From contig CAMTYB010000001.1 in NCBI GenBank assembly GCA_947085855.1, positions 405,788 to 469,787 on the forward strand: a stretch of DNA of 64,000 bases, read 5' to 3'. Source of the stretch: an uncultured Candidatus Saccharibacteria bacterium (GTDB taxonomy: Bacteria; Patescibacteriota; Saccharimonadia; Saccharimonadales; 2-12-FULL-41-12). The first letter of the stretch is position 1. Each line of letters starts with the position of its first letter. Below are positions 27,785 through 36,293 of this stretch, piece after piece. The position numbers were made by a program, and so were the translations under genes. Under the pieces are notes generated by a model. That model was not told the DNA's origin, made no database searches, and was given only the letters and a program-made list of their open reading frames with translations.

Positions 27785-29299
27785 TTAACTGGCGCCAGCA
27801 GCAGCAATAGCACTCGGCGTTCGCCGTATATAACTTACGCCTTCCTGTATGTCTGGAATATCCTTAAAGCCTGAAGCGCTCATCTGTATTGCAACACCTG
27901 TCATTGTGTCTTCAATAATGTCTGCAACTGGGCCTTTTAGAGGTATCTTCTTGGCTACACCCTCAACATATATACGTTTTTTTGGCGATCCAATTCCATA
28001 TCTTTGCCGTGCAGCTATAGAGGCAAGTTGTTCTTCGCTTGAGCCCATGCCCATGTATTCTTTGCAGTCTCTCCCCTGCTCATCTCTGACGCGCTTACCT
28101 GCTGCTTCATCAGTTGCAGCCACAAGACCGCCTACCATTACAACTCCGGCTCCGAGCGACAACGCTTTTGTAACGTCGCCAGAATCCCGTATGCCTCCAT
28201 CCGCACAAACAACGACGTCCTCTCCTGTTTCGGCTACAGCCTTAGCTACATCGTAAACCGCTGTTGCCTGTGGCGCTCCACCTCCAAGACGTTGTCCAGA
28301 TATGCATATACTACCCGGGCTTTGACCGGCTCGGATTGCATCTGCTCCACGCCTAACTAACTCGATAGCTGGGATGCCAGCAGATATATTGCCGGCCATA
28401 ATATCAATGTCTGGCAGATCTTCGCGAGCTTCCTTCAGGACTTTAAGTGCATGTTTTACAGATTGAAGTGTGTTAATTGGATGAATCAACTCGCCATGCG
28501 AAGTATCAAGAATTACCAAATCTACATACCTATGTATTTCCTTGATTCTAGCAAGTGCATCGGCCTCAAAGGTTGATATCGAAGCTGCTGTACGAAGGCT
28601 GCCGTACTTATCTAAACTCATGTGAGAACCTTCGACGGCTAGACGCACGTTATCAAAAAGGTACAGCCCAGAAACTTTTCTAGTATTGGGGTCGATTAGC
28701 GGCAGGAGGCTTATGCCTCGTTCGCTCATTATGTCGTACGCCTCCTTGGCAGTAGTTTCAGGGGCTGCAGTCACTACTTCGTCAGCTGGCTTCATGATGT
28801 CGCTAATCTGCTTTGCTCTACCGAGTTCAGTTTGATTTGGGGCAAGCTCACGTTTTGTCACGAGACCTGCAAATATGCCATCACTATTTACGACGGGTAG
28901 CGTGGTGGGCTTGGTGTCAGTCTCCTCAATTCGAGCCAAAGTTTCCTCGACAGTTTGGTTGGCAAATGCAGAAACCGGATTATTAATTCGAGTCCTCAGC
29001 CTATGTTTAACTTCACGCAGCATGCGCTTCTGGTCTTCAACCGGATGCGAGTATGGTACGGCTGCAATCCCACCTAACTCCGCCATAGCGATCATCATTT
29101 CAGTACCAGTTATTGTCGTCATCGGTGACGCTATGATCGGTGTAGTCAATTCAATGTTACGAGAGACTCGACTGCTTACATCTACTTGGTCTATCGTTAC
29201 GTGACTTATTTGTTCGTTGCGAATTGTTAAGTCATCGTATGTCAGTCCAATAAACTCAACATTGGATGTACGCTCAAAGAGTGCGGCTTTATTTCCCAT
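27785..29299 (-). CDS. guaB: IMP dehydrogenase family protein with a CBS pair
   Basis: GLTYDDLTI N-terminus, the catalytic loop GSICISGQ and GGIRDSGDVTKAL. The start was trimmed to ATG 29299. Confidence 0.85.
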   Translation of the reverse strand: MGNKAALFERTSNVEFIGLTYDDLTIRNEQISHVTIDQVDVSSRVSRNIELTTPIIASPMTTITGTEMMIAMAELGGIAAVPYSHPVEDQKRMLREVKHRLRTRINNPVSAFANQTVEETLARIEETDTKPTTLPVVNSDGIFAGLVTKRELAPNQTELGRAKQISDIMKPADEVVTAAPETTAKEAYDIMSERGISLLPLIDPNTRKVSGLYLFDNVRLAVEGSHMSLDKYGSLRTAASISTFEADALARIKEIHRYVDLVILDTSHGELIHPINTLQSVKHALKVLKEAREDLPDIDIMAGNISAGIPAIELVRRGADAIRAGQSPGSICISGQRLGGGAPQATAVYDVAKAVAETGEDVVVCADGGIRDSGDVTKALSLGAGVVMVGGLVAATDEAAGKRVRDEQGRDCKEYMGMGSSEEQLASIAARQRYGIGSPKKRIYVEGVAKKIPLKGPVADIIEDTMTGVAIQMSASGFKDIPDIQEGVSYIRRTPSAIAAAGAS

Positions 29300-29367
29300 A
29301 CTAACTACCCCGCTGGTTAGATTAAGATTGTACCCACAATAGCATGTTGGCACCGGTAAGTGAATCG

Positions 29368-30051
29368 CTAGAGCTTGAGGAGTGCTTGCTGAATCTGCTC
29401 AACTGTCAAATCATCAAGCGAGGTAATCTGCGGACTCGTAAATTCACCGACGCGACTCCGGTGTAAATCACTCATATATGCCCCTGTTGCAAGCAATTCG
29501 CCAAGATCTGTCACCAAGCTTCGAATGTACGTACCGCTACTAACATCTGCGGTAAATTTTACATAGGGATATTCATAATTATTTAACTTTAATTCACTAA
29601 TATGAACGGCTCGAGGTTCGATTTTTACTTCCTTGCCTTCTCTGGCTAGTTTGTATGCCCGTTTGCCACCAACTTTCACAGCCGAGTATGCTGGTGGGGT
29701 CTGCATAATATCGCCAACAAATTGGCCTAGTGCAGCCTCAATCTCCGAAATAACTGGCTGCAGCGAGCTAACGGATGCTTTTTCACCCTCTTCGTCGCCT
29801 GTAGTGCTGGTTTCGCCTAATTTCATGGTGACTTCGTAGGTTTTATCGAGTTTACTGAATTCGGCAGCCCGTTTGCAGTAGCTACCCACAACTATAATCA
29901 TGAGGCCTGTCGCTAGCGGGTCTAGCGTGCCTGTATGACCAACTTTGACTTTATGGCCTGTCTCTCGCTTATACGTCCCACGAACTTTGGCAACAACATC
30001 AAATGATGACCAGCCGCTTGGCTTATCAATTAATAAAATTCCATCCATCAC
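29368..30051 (-). CDS. truB: tRNA pseudouridine(55) synthase
   Basis: GILLIDKPSGWSSFDVV and the catalytic GHTGTLDPLATG. Confidence 0.9.
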   Translation of the reverse strand: MMDGILLIDKPSGWSSFDVVAKVRGTYKRETGHKVKVGHTGTLDPLATGLMIIVVGSYCKRAAEFSKLDKTYEVTMKLGETSTTGDEEGEKASVSSLQPVISEIEAALGQFVGDIMQTPPAYSAVKVGGKRAYKLAREGKEVKIEPRAVHISELKLNNYEYPYVKFTADVSSGTYIRSLVTDLGELLATGAYMSDLHRSRVGEFTSPQITSLDDLTVEQIQQALLKL

Positions 30052-30596
30052 TCTATTGAAGCAGGTTGACGCAGCATTTCAATATGAGGAATAAATTTGA
30101 GCGGCGGGTCTGGGATTTCAGGAGGGATTTCACGACTATATTCAAAACCGAATTGTTTATACATATTTATAGCATTTTCGTTGGATTCGATAGTTTCTAG
30201 GCGAATTGCCCTCTGTTCTGGCTCGAGCCATGTAAGCGCGTCTGTAAAAAGTTTTCCACCGATACCAACGCCTTGTGCCTCTTCAAGAACATAAATAGAC
30301 AAGATTTCACCAAGCTGATCATTTAGTTTTTTGGCAACTACAAATCCCTGTACCGCGTCGTTCTGCTTGGCGACAGCTATATGTACGTCAGGATTATCAA
30401 GCGCCGCCTTACCGCGCTCAATTCCTGCAGAATTATCGGCAAAAATAATATCAACGTCGGCTTCACTTATATAGTCTGGGGCAATTTTGGGGTATGTCGC
30501 TCGCCAAACCGCATAGCGAACTGCTTCTACACTAGCAATATCATCACTCGCAGCCGGCTGTATAGAAATATCTTCGCTTTGTGCTAGTCGTTCCAT
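30048..30596 (-). CDS. GNAT family N-acetyltransferase
   Basis: The acetyl-CoA motif EEAQGVGIGGKLF and a typical GNAT length. Confidence 0.8.
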   Translation of the reverse strand: MERLAQSEDISIQPAASDDIASVEAVRYAVWRATYPKIAPDYISEADVDIIFADNSAGIERGKAALDNPDVHIAVAKQNDAVQGFVVAKKLNDQLGEILSIYVLEEAQGVGIGGKLFTDALTWLEPEQRAIRLETIESNENAINMYKQFGFEYSREIPPEIPDPPLKFIPHIEMLRQPASIE

Positions 30597-30599
30597 GTT

Positions 30600-32354
30600 C
30601 TACGGATTAGCTGGTGGCATCATTGGGGGCGGCACAGGTGGGGGCGGTGAGTTTGGTGCAGAATCTGGGGCAGCTTTTGGCTCTTCACCCTTGTCTTCAC
30701 TGCTGTCTGCTGGGTTATTACCTAAATTGAGGTCTAGCGGCTTGGCGCCAAGGGCATTAATTGGCTCTGGGCGATAGTTATCTGGATTATTTGAGGCCTG
30801 TTCGACTGCTGAGCGAGCAGTATCAACCGAGACATCAGGCACATCGCCGTTTTTCTCTGCGGCTACATGAGTACTGTTAACTGATCGTTCGATGTCAGAT
30901 AGTGTTTGACCATCGCTTGAACGACTCAGTGTGGTTCCACCGGTAGCCTTGGCAGCTTGGCTTATTGGATCGGAGGTACCTGAGTATTGCTGGTGTTCGG
31001 GGATGCTATTTGCCGTTAGCTGACCGCCTAATTTGGGTGGATCGAGTACAATTTTTGGATTGTTGTCTTTGACGCCACTAATCTGGGGAGCGTTGGGGTC
31101 ACGCGGCTCTTCTGGTTCTTCTTCTGCTTCGTCAGCCGTCTGTGCCTCTTGTTGAGTTTGTGTGCTCAGAGCTGCGGCGGCTTCACCAGCTGCTTTTTGG
31201 GCTTCTTCCTCGGCCAGGCGTTCTTTTTCTTCTTCTAGATCTTTAATAGCTCGCAATGTGCCTTCGTCATCGATATGAATATCGTCATCGTGCTCAATTT
31301 GAATAGTGCCGTCTTTACCGACCTTTGAATCTTCGGCTGTATGATCGGCTGGAGTTTCTGGTTCTTCTGGCTCTTCTGGTTCGGGTTCTTCAGCCTGCGC
31401 AAGCTCTTCGAGTTCTGGAGGTTGAGCTAGCTCTTCTGGTTCTTCTGCCACCGGCGGAATTTCCTCGGCTGGTTCAGGTTCAGGCTCGGGTTCTGGTTCT
31501 TCGAGCTTGCTTGATACGAGCTGGGCACTAGCACCGGCTGACATCAAGACACCAGCGACAGACATCGTGTGTGGCTGGGCTTTGTCGTTACCAAAGCGAT
31601 CAGTTTCAGCTACCATACCAGTGAGCAATGAAGTTGAAATTTGCGGATCGAGCAAGTCTTTGCCGATTTCAACCACGAGGTCGCTGACCATTTCACACAG
31701 ACTACTGGCATTGTTGTCTACCCAGTTGATTGATCCAAGGTTGCTCATGCTATCGGTGTTAAGGGCGGCCACAGTGGCATCGTGCAAAATGCGTCCATGG
31801 GCAGTGATAGCTGCGTCTAGCTGAACCTGATCATGGATACCAAGCATAATTATGAGGTCAATATTGAAGTCACCCTGGCTAAAGTTAAGGTCTTTTTCGT
31901 CAATACTGGTTTTGTATGGAGTAATGAAGATCTTTACAAAATCATCCTCTACTTTGTAGCGCAGTTTGTCGGCCTTTGATTTATCGAGTGAAATAATAAA
32001 ATCACGCAAGCTATCGGTGTTAGTTTCGATAGTTCGCTCTGGCTCCAAGAACTCAATAGTCGATGGTACCTCACCGCTAAAAACAGCGGTCGCATGCTTA
32101 CCCTTTTTGTTGAGGGCAAGTGTCAGACCAATACATGCTGCCAACTGATCGACTGATGGACTGTCGCTAACCGTAATCATCACATTGTTTGCCTTGTTGA
32201 GACGATCAACTAACTGCGAGAATTGATCTTTGGGCGAAGCTGCTGGGGGCGGCACATTATTTGTAGGAGGGTTAAATCCCCCACCGCTCGGTGAGCCTGG
32301 CAGAATTGGTGGAGTAAGCGGGTTGATTACTGGCAGTTGATTGTTGGGTGGCAT
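30600..32354 (-). CDS. DHH-phosphoesterase-like domain protein with degenerate catalytic motifs and a long acidic Pro/Glu-rich tail
   Basis: VMITVSDSPSVDQLAACIGLTLALNKKGKHATAV parallels DHH motif I-II with the His/Asp residues replaced. It is followed by an EPEPEPEPEP... low-complexity region. Confidence 0.5.
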   Translation of the reverse strand: MPPNNQLPVINPLTPPILPGSPSGGGFNPPTNNVPPPAASPKDQFSQLVDRLNKANNVMITVSDSPSVDQLAACIGLTLALNKKGKHATAVFSGEVPSTIEFLEPERTIETNTDSLRDFIISLDKSKADKLRYKVEDDFVKIFITPYKTSIDEKDLNFSQGDFNIDLIIMLGIHDQVQLDAAITAHGRILHDATVAALNTDSMSNLGSINWVDNNASSLCEMVSDLVVEIGKDLLDPQISTSLLTGMVAETDRFGNDKAQPHTMSVAGVLMSAGASAQLVSSKLEEPEPEPEPEPAEEIPPVAEEPEELAQPPELEELAQAEEPEPEEPEEPETPADHTAEDSKVGKDGTIQIEHDDDIHIDDEGTLRAIKDLEEEKERLAEEEAQKAAGEAAAALSTQTQQEAQTADEAEEEPEEPRDPNAPQISGVKDNNPKIVLDPPKLGGQLTANSIPEHQQYSGTSDPISQAAKATGGTTLSRSSDGQTLSDIERSVNSTHVAAEKNGDVPDVSVDTARSAVEQASNNPDNYRPEPINALGAKPLDLNLGNNPADSSEDKGEEPKAAPDSAPNSPPPPVPPPMMPPANP

Positions 32355-32509
32355 AGTGTATTTTGTTTGTAGTTTTTATGTTTGTAACTTTAGTTGCAAT
32401 ATACCATAAGCTGTTTATATTGTCCAGGGTTTTTTCAGGGAATCAGCTCCTTTGCGCCACTTTTTTGCCCAAGGCACTTTTGCCGTACGGCTATTTATTA
32501 CCCCGACCA

Positions 32510-32538
32510 TTTACAAAGCAGGCAAAAAACCGTATAAT
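32510..32538 (+). promoter_or_regulatory. rpsT promoter TTTACA-17-TATAAT
   Basis: TTTACA at 32510-32515 and TATAAT at 32533-32538, about 80 nt upstream of the rpsT ATG. Confidence 0.6.
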
Positions 32539-32619
32539 TTGTACCTGAAACTTTGCGTACTGACACGATTTGTTCTGGTACGTAAATCAATAAAGTAGCT
32601 AACAAGAAGAAAGAAGTCT

Positions 32620-33024
32620 ATGCCAATTATCAAGTCTGCGCGCAAGCGCGTTCGTGTTGCTCGCAAGGCAACCACTCGTAATGTAAAAACTAAGCGCAAC
32701 CTCAAAACTGCCGTTAAGTCTTTGACTGCCGCTATTAAGGGCAAAGATAAAAAAGCTGCTGAAGCTTTTCAAAAAGCACAAAGCGCTATTGACCAAGCCA
32801 CTAAGAAAAATGTTATTCACAAGAACAAAGCTGCCCGCAAGAAGAGCCAGCTCGCTAAAGCTGCCAAAGCTGCCGGTGTACCTGTAAACGGTGCCGGTGC
32901 CAAGAAGGCCGCTCCGAAAGCATCTGCCAAACCAGCTGCAAAGAAAGCCCCTGCTAAAAAGGCTGCACCAAAGAAAACTGCTGCTAAGCCAAAGGCTGCA
33001 GCCAAAAAGACTACCAAAAAATAG
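32620..33024 (+). CDS. rpsT: 30S ribosomal protein S20 with a C-terminal Ala/Lys/Pro-rich extension
   Basis: MPIIKSARKRVRVARKATTRNVKTKRNLKTAVK... is canonical S20 for about 86 aa. About 48 aa of AKKAAPK-type repeats follow. Confidence 0.85.
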   Translation: MPIIKSARKRVRVARKATTRNVKTKRNLKTAVKSLTAAIKGKDKKAAEAFQKAQSAIDQATKKNVIHKNKAARKKSQLAKAAKAAGVPVNGAGAKKAAPKASAKPAAKKAPAKKAAPKKTAAKPKAAAKKTTKK

Positions 33025-33039
33025 ACCGGTCTTAGCTAC

Positions 33040-33969
33040 TTAAGACATTTCGGCAAACCGAACTATGGCGTACTGAAGAGCCTCGTCGTAGTCAATGGTT
33101 TGCCGTTTGCTTTTATAATCAATGTCTCTCAACAGCTTGAGACTCGCATGAACATCTGCCTTCCCCATCCTCTGAGCAATCCGCTGGCTCTTTTGCAATA
33201 CAAATGGATTCAAGCCACTTTTGCTGGCTACAGACCTGGCATCTAGGTTTTTGGGCGCCGTTGCCGCCACTGCCACCGCATGGAGTTGCCACACCAACAT
33301 AGCGTGGATAGCTTGGGGCTCAACTTTTTGTTGTCGCTGCTCGTCATAGAGCTGCAAAGCCCGCTTGAGGTTACCGCTAAAGGCCGCGTCAATCATATTG
33401 AACACCGTTGTCGCCGGATTTTCATCGGTTAAATTATCGATGGTCTGACGTGATATTTGCGCGTCAAAAAGTACCAGCTTTGTGAGTTCGTTACTGAGCT
33501 TCATCTGATTCGGACCAACACGATCAACCAAATAGCGAGCGCTCTGCTCAGTTATGTCACCACCGAGCAGCTCGGTTTGCTGTTTGACCCAGCCGGTCAG
33601 GTTGGCTGCTTCGGTTTCGTCGTGCTCCTCAAAGTTAGATAATTTTTTGAGCGCCTTGTAGTAGGCAGCTCGTTTATCAAGCTTACCTTCAACAATAATC
33701 AAGTCAGTGTCGTCACCAGCTCGTTCAATTAACGTGTCCAGCTTTTCTGTGGCATCATTATTTTGAGCAACTTCGCGTACTACTACCATTTTCCGAGCTG
33801 CCAAAAACGGCTGCGACTCTACTGCGCCCAAGATCTGCTCATAGGTAACCTCGCTCGCATCGATTTTTTCAAGCGCTAAATCACCATGCTCCCGGACAAA
33901 AGCATCGGTTAGCTCGCGAACGCGACGATTGATCTGAAAAGCGTTTGTACCAACAAAAACCTGCACCAT
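33040..33969 (-). CDS. holA: DNA polymerase III subunit delta
   Basis: 309 aa. The N-terminal pattern ...ALEKIDASEVTYEQILGAVESQPFLAARKMVVVRE is typical of HolA. Confidence 0.75.
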   Translation of the reverse strand: MVQVFVGTNAFQINRRVRELTDAFVREHGDLALEKIDASEVTYEQILGAVESQPFLAARKMVVVREVAQNNDATEKLDTLIERAGDDTDLIIVEGKLDKRAAYYKALKKLSNFEEHDETEAANLTGWVKQQTELLGGDITEQSARYLVDRVGPNQMKLSNELTKLVLFDAQISRQTIDNLTDENPATTVFNMIDAAFSGNLKRALQLYDEQRQQKVEPQAIHAMLVWQLHAVAVAATAPKNLDARSVASKSGLNPFVLQKSQRIAQRMGKADVHASLKLLRDIDYKSKRQTIDYDEALQYAIVRFAEMS

Positions 33970-33989
33970 AGTCTCTATAGTTTACTGTT

Positions 33990-34868
33990 TTAGCGCAGCT
34001 TTTGACAGTACGGACAAGTGTGTGTGCCCCGGCCGGCCACTCGACTCTTTTGGATAACGGTGCCACAGCGTGGGCATGGCAAGTTTTCGCGCCGAAAAAC
34101 TCGCGCAAAACCAAGGTAGCTGCCCTTTTTACCTTCGGCATTCACATAATGCTTATCTGTCGAACCACCCTTTTCAATCGCTAAGCGCAGGACATATTGC
34201 AGCTCTGTAAATAGTTTCTTACGCTGAGCTGGCGTAACGTTTTTTACTAGTGTAGCAGGATGAATTTTGGCGCCCCACAGACTTTCGTCCGCATAAATAT
34301 TTCCGACACCAGCAATAACTGTCTGATCTAATAGAGCTGCCTTGATCGAGGTGTTCTTGCGCCGATCAAGTCGTGTACTCAACCCGGCAGCAGTAAAATC
34401 TTTGGCAAGCGGTTCGGGACCAACTTTTTTAAAGAAGTCGAGGTTTTCTACTTCGACCGTTGGCATCAATCGTACCCAACCAAATTTTCGTTGATCGTTG
34501 AAATAGAGCGTTCCGGCAGCGTTAGCAAACGTAATGACAACCCGAGTTGATCTATCGGGCAATTGCCCAATGAGAGAATCATTTGGATGGCCAGCACCAA
34601 AGCGACCGCCGTGCGGCTGAACAAAGACTAATTGGCCAGTCATTTTGAGGTGAATAACCAAACTGTATTTGGTCGATAGATCAATGAGTAAAACTTTTGC
34701 GCGCCGACGAACGAGCTGTACTTTGGCACCAACCATAAAGGCATCAACATCTGCCGCTGCATTTGGAAAGCTTTTAGCCGTGTCGCTCGTTACCGATTCA
34801 ATAACAAGATCAGGCAGCAGTTGCTGGAGACCGATTTTAACGGTCTCGACTTCGGGTAGTTCTGGCAT
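33990..34868 (-). CDS. mutM: formamidopyrimidine-DNA glycosylase
   Basis: MPELPEVETV N-terminus, H2TH region and a C-terminal zinc finger CPRCGTVIQKSRVAGRGTHTCPYCQ. Confidence 0.9.
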   Translation of the reverse strand: MPELPEVETVKIGLQQLLPDLVIESVTSDTAKSFPNAAADVDAFMVGAKVQLVRRRAKVLLIDLSTKYSLVIHLKMTGQLVFVQPHGGRFGAGHPNDSLIGQLPDRSTRVVITFANAAGTLYFNDQRKFGWVRLMPTVEVENLDFFKKVGPEPLAKDFTAAGLSTRLDRRKNTSIKAALLDQTVIAGVGNIYADESLWGAKIHPATLVKNVTPAQRKKLFTELQYVLRLAIEKGGSTDKHYVNAEGKKGSYLGFARVFRRENLPCPRCGTVIQKSRVAGRGTHTCPYCQKLR

Positions 34869-34889
34869 AAAACCAGTATAGCAATTACT

Positions 34890-35498
34890 CTAAGCGCCGA
34901 GTGTTATACCGGTAGTAAAACCGTTGTAGTCAGGGATTTGGCGCTGGAACAATGTTTGAACTTGAATCCGATTACCGGTAAAGCTGCCTTGATTCGAACT
35001 ACAGCTCGTAGACCAGGTCCTTAAAACAGCTGGATTAGCTCCAGGATCAATTTCATAGGTATACAGAAGGCCAAGCGGACACGTAACACCTTCTACTCCT
35101 CGGTTGTCGACTGCAGCCCGCTTAGCAAAACCAGCACCTTCAAGTGAATCGATAAAGGTATTGTAGGCTTCGGTGGTATTTGGAAGCGTCTGCGTCTTAA
35201 TAACCTTACCGTTATAACCTTCGAGTACGTCAATTGTTCGAGTTGAGCGGTCTACAGTAATCCGTATGCTACGATGCGTTTCTTGAGCGTTCACGATTCC
35301 GCGAACCGTAAATTGTACCGGCAGCCCTTTGGTAGCTGATTCGTTGAGCACTTTTTCGTTTGGTGTCTGGATTGTGGGCCGTCTATCTGTTTGCTGAAAG
35401 CTATTTCGGATCACATTAAAGAGCACGACCATGAGAATAATCGCTCCAATAAGTAGTAAAACGCCGAGGGCGTACCGAACGTAACTCCTTATATCCAT
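34890..35498 (-). CDS. hypothetical membrane-anchored protein (202 aa)
   Basis: N-terminal TM helix (ALGVLLLIGAIILMVVLF) followed by a soluble domain. No motif recognised. Confidence 0.55.
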   Translation of the reverse strand: MDIRSYVRYALGVLLLIGAIILMVVLFNVIRNSFQQTDRRPTIQTPNEKVLNESATKGLPVQFTVRGIVNAQETHRSIRITVDRSTRTIDVLEGYNGKVIKTQTLPNTTEAYNTFIDSLEGAGFAKRAAVDNRGVEGVTCPLGLLYTYEIDPGANPAVLRTWSTSCSSNQGSFTGNRIQVQTLFQRQIPDYNGFTTGITLGA

Positions 35499-35586
35499 AC
35501 TTATATTATACTACATAATCAATATAAATGCAATATGCTTGCGCTTATCCTGGTGTATAGCTCCCTATGTAACGTAGAATAAGGCT

Positions 35587-35826
35587 ATGACGCAGCATTT
35601 GGGCGACCTTTTATCGAATAAAGCCTTTCAGGAACCACCTGAAATTAAACAGATCAAAGAGTTCGTTAAGGCCGAGCTCAACATCGAGCCTCGTGTATCT
35701 GTTACTCAAAATCTTTTGATTGTACAGGTTCCGAGCGCCGCCGCTGCAGGCGTGTTGCGCACAAAACTACCGACCCTACAGGCTCTACTCGCTACCAAAC
35801 AACGGATTGTTATCCGGATTGGTTAG
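35587..35826 (+). CDS. small hypothetical protein (79 aa), possibly DUF721/DciA-like (tentative)
   Basis: The pattern ...LLIVQVPSAAAAGVLRTKLPTLQ resembles DUF721, but the similarity is weak. Confidence 0.35.
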   Translation: MTQHLGDLLSNKAFQEPPEIKQIKEFVKAELNIEPRVSVTQNLLIVQVPSAAAAGVLRTKLPTLQALLATKQRIVIRIG

Positions 35827-36293
35827 CTGCTTTTAGCAAGCACGTCCGTGAACTCGGCTGGATATTTGTTGGCGAGCCGTTTGGCGGCCTCTGGTGCACT
35901 GACCCATTCATATGCTAGGTGTTCGGGACTCAACACAATAGTGCTGCGTGGTGGAATTTCTACTGTGTAAATCATCAAGGCTAGACCGGCCTTTTTGCTA
36001 TCTGGATCCGTCTTATCAATTGGCACTTTGTGATGGGATATAACTGCTGTATAAAAAGCCTCTTTAGAAACTTGCGTGATACCTGTTTCTTCAACAATCT
36101 CTCTGTGCAATGTCTCGAGTGGTGTTTCGCCCTCGTCAATACGGCCACCAGGAATATCCCAATACGGTTCGGCACCTTTAGAATGGTCACGCAAACTGGC
36201 TTTAAGGACCAATATTTCGCCACGGTCATTTTTGATAAGCGCTTTGATACCAACGTAAAACAGTTTAGATTCAGCCACTATAATTCTCCCCAA
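35823..36293 (-). CDS. NUDIX hydrolase
   Basis: Nudix box GGRIDEGETPLETLHREIVEETG. Confidence 0.85.
   Translation of the reverse strand: MGRIIVAESKLFYVGIKALIKNDRGEILVLKASLRDHSKGAEPYWDIPGGRIDEGETPLETLHREIVEETGITQVSKEAFYTAVISHHKVPIDKTDPDSKKAGLALMIYTVEIPPRSTIVLSPEHLAYEWVSAPEAAKRLANKYPAEFTDVLAKSS

Noticed and set aside
31290-31510. Repetitive GAACC/GAGCC/GGTTC DNA that might suggest a tandem repeat or CRISPR-like array.
   Set aside because: It is the coding sequence of the EPEPEP... acidic tract of gene 30600..32354. The periodicity is codon-level and irregular, with no repeat-spacer architecture.
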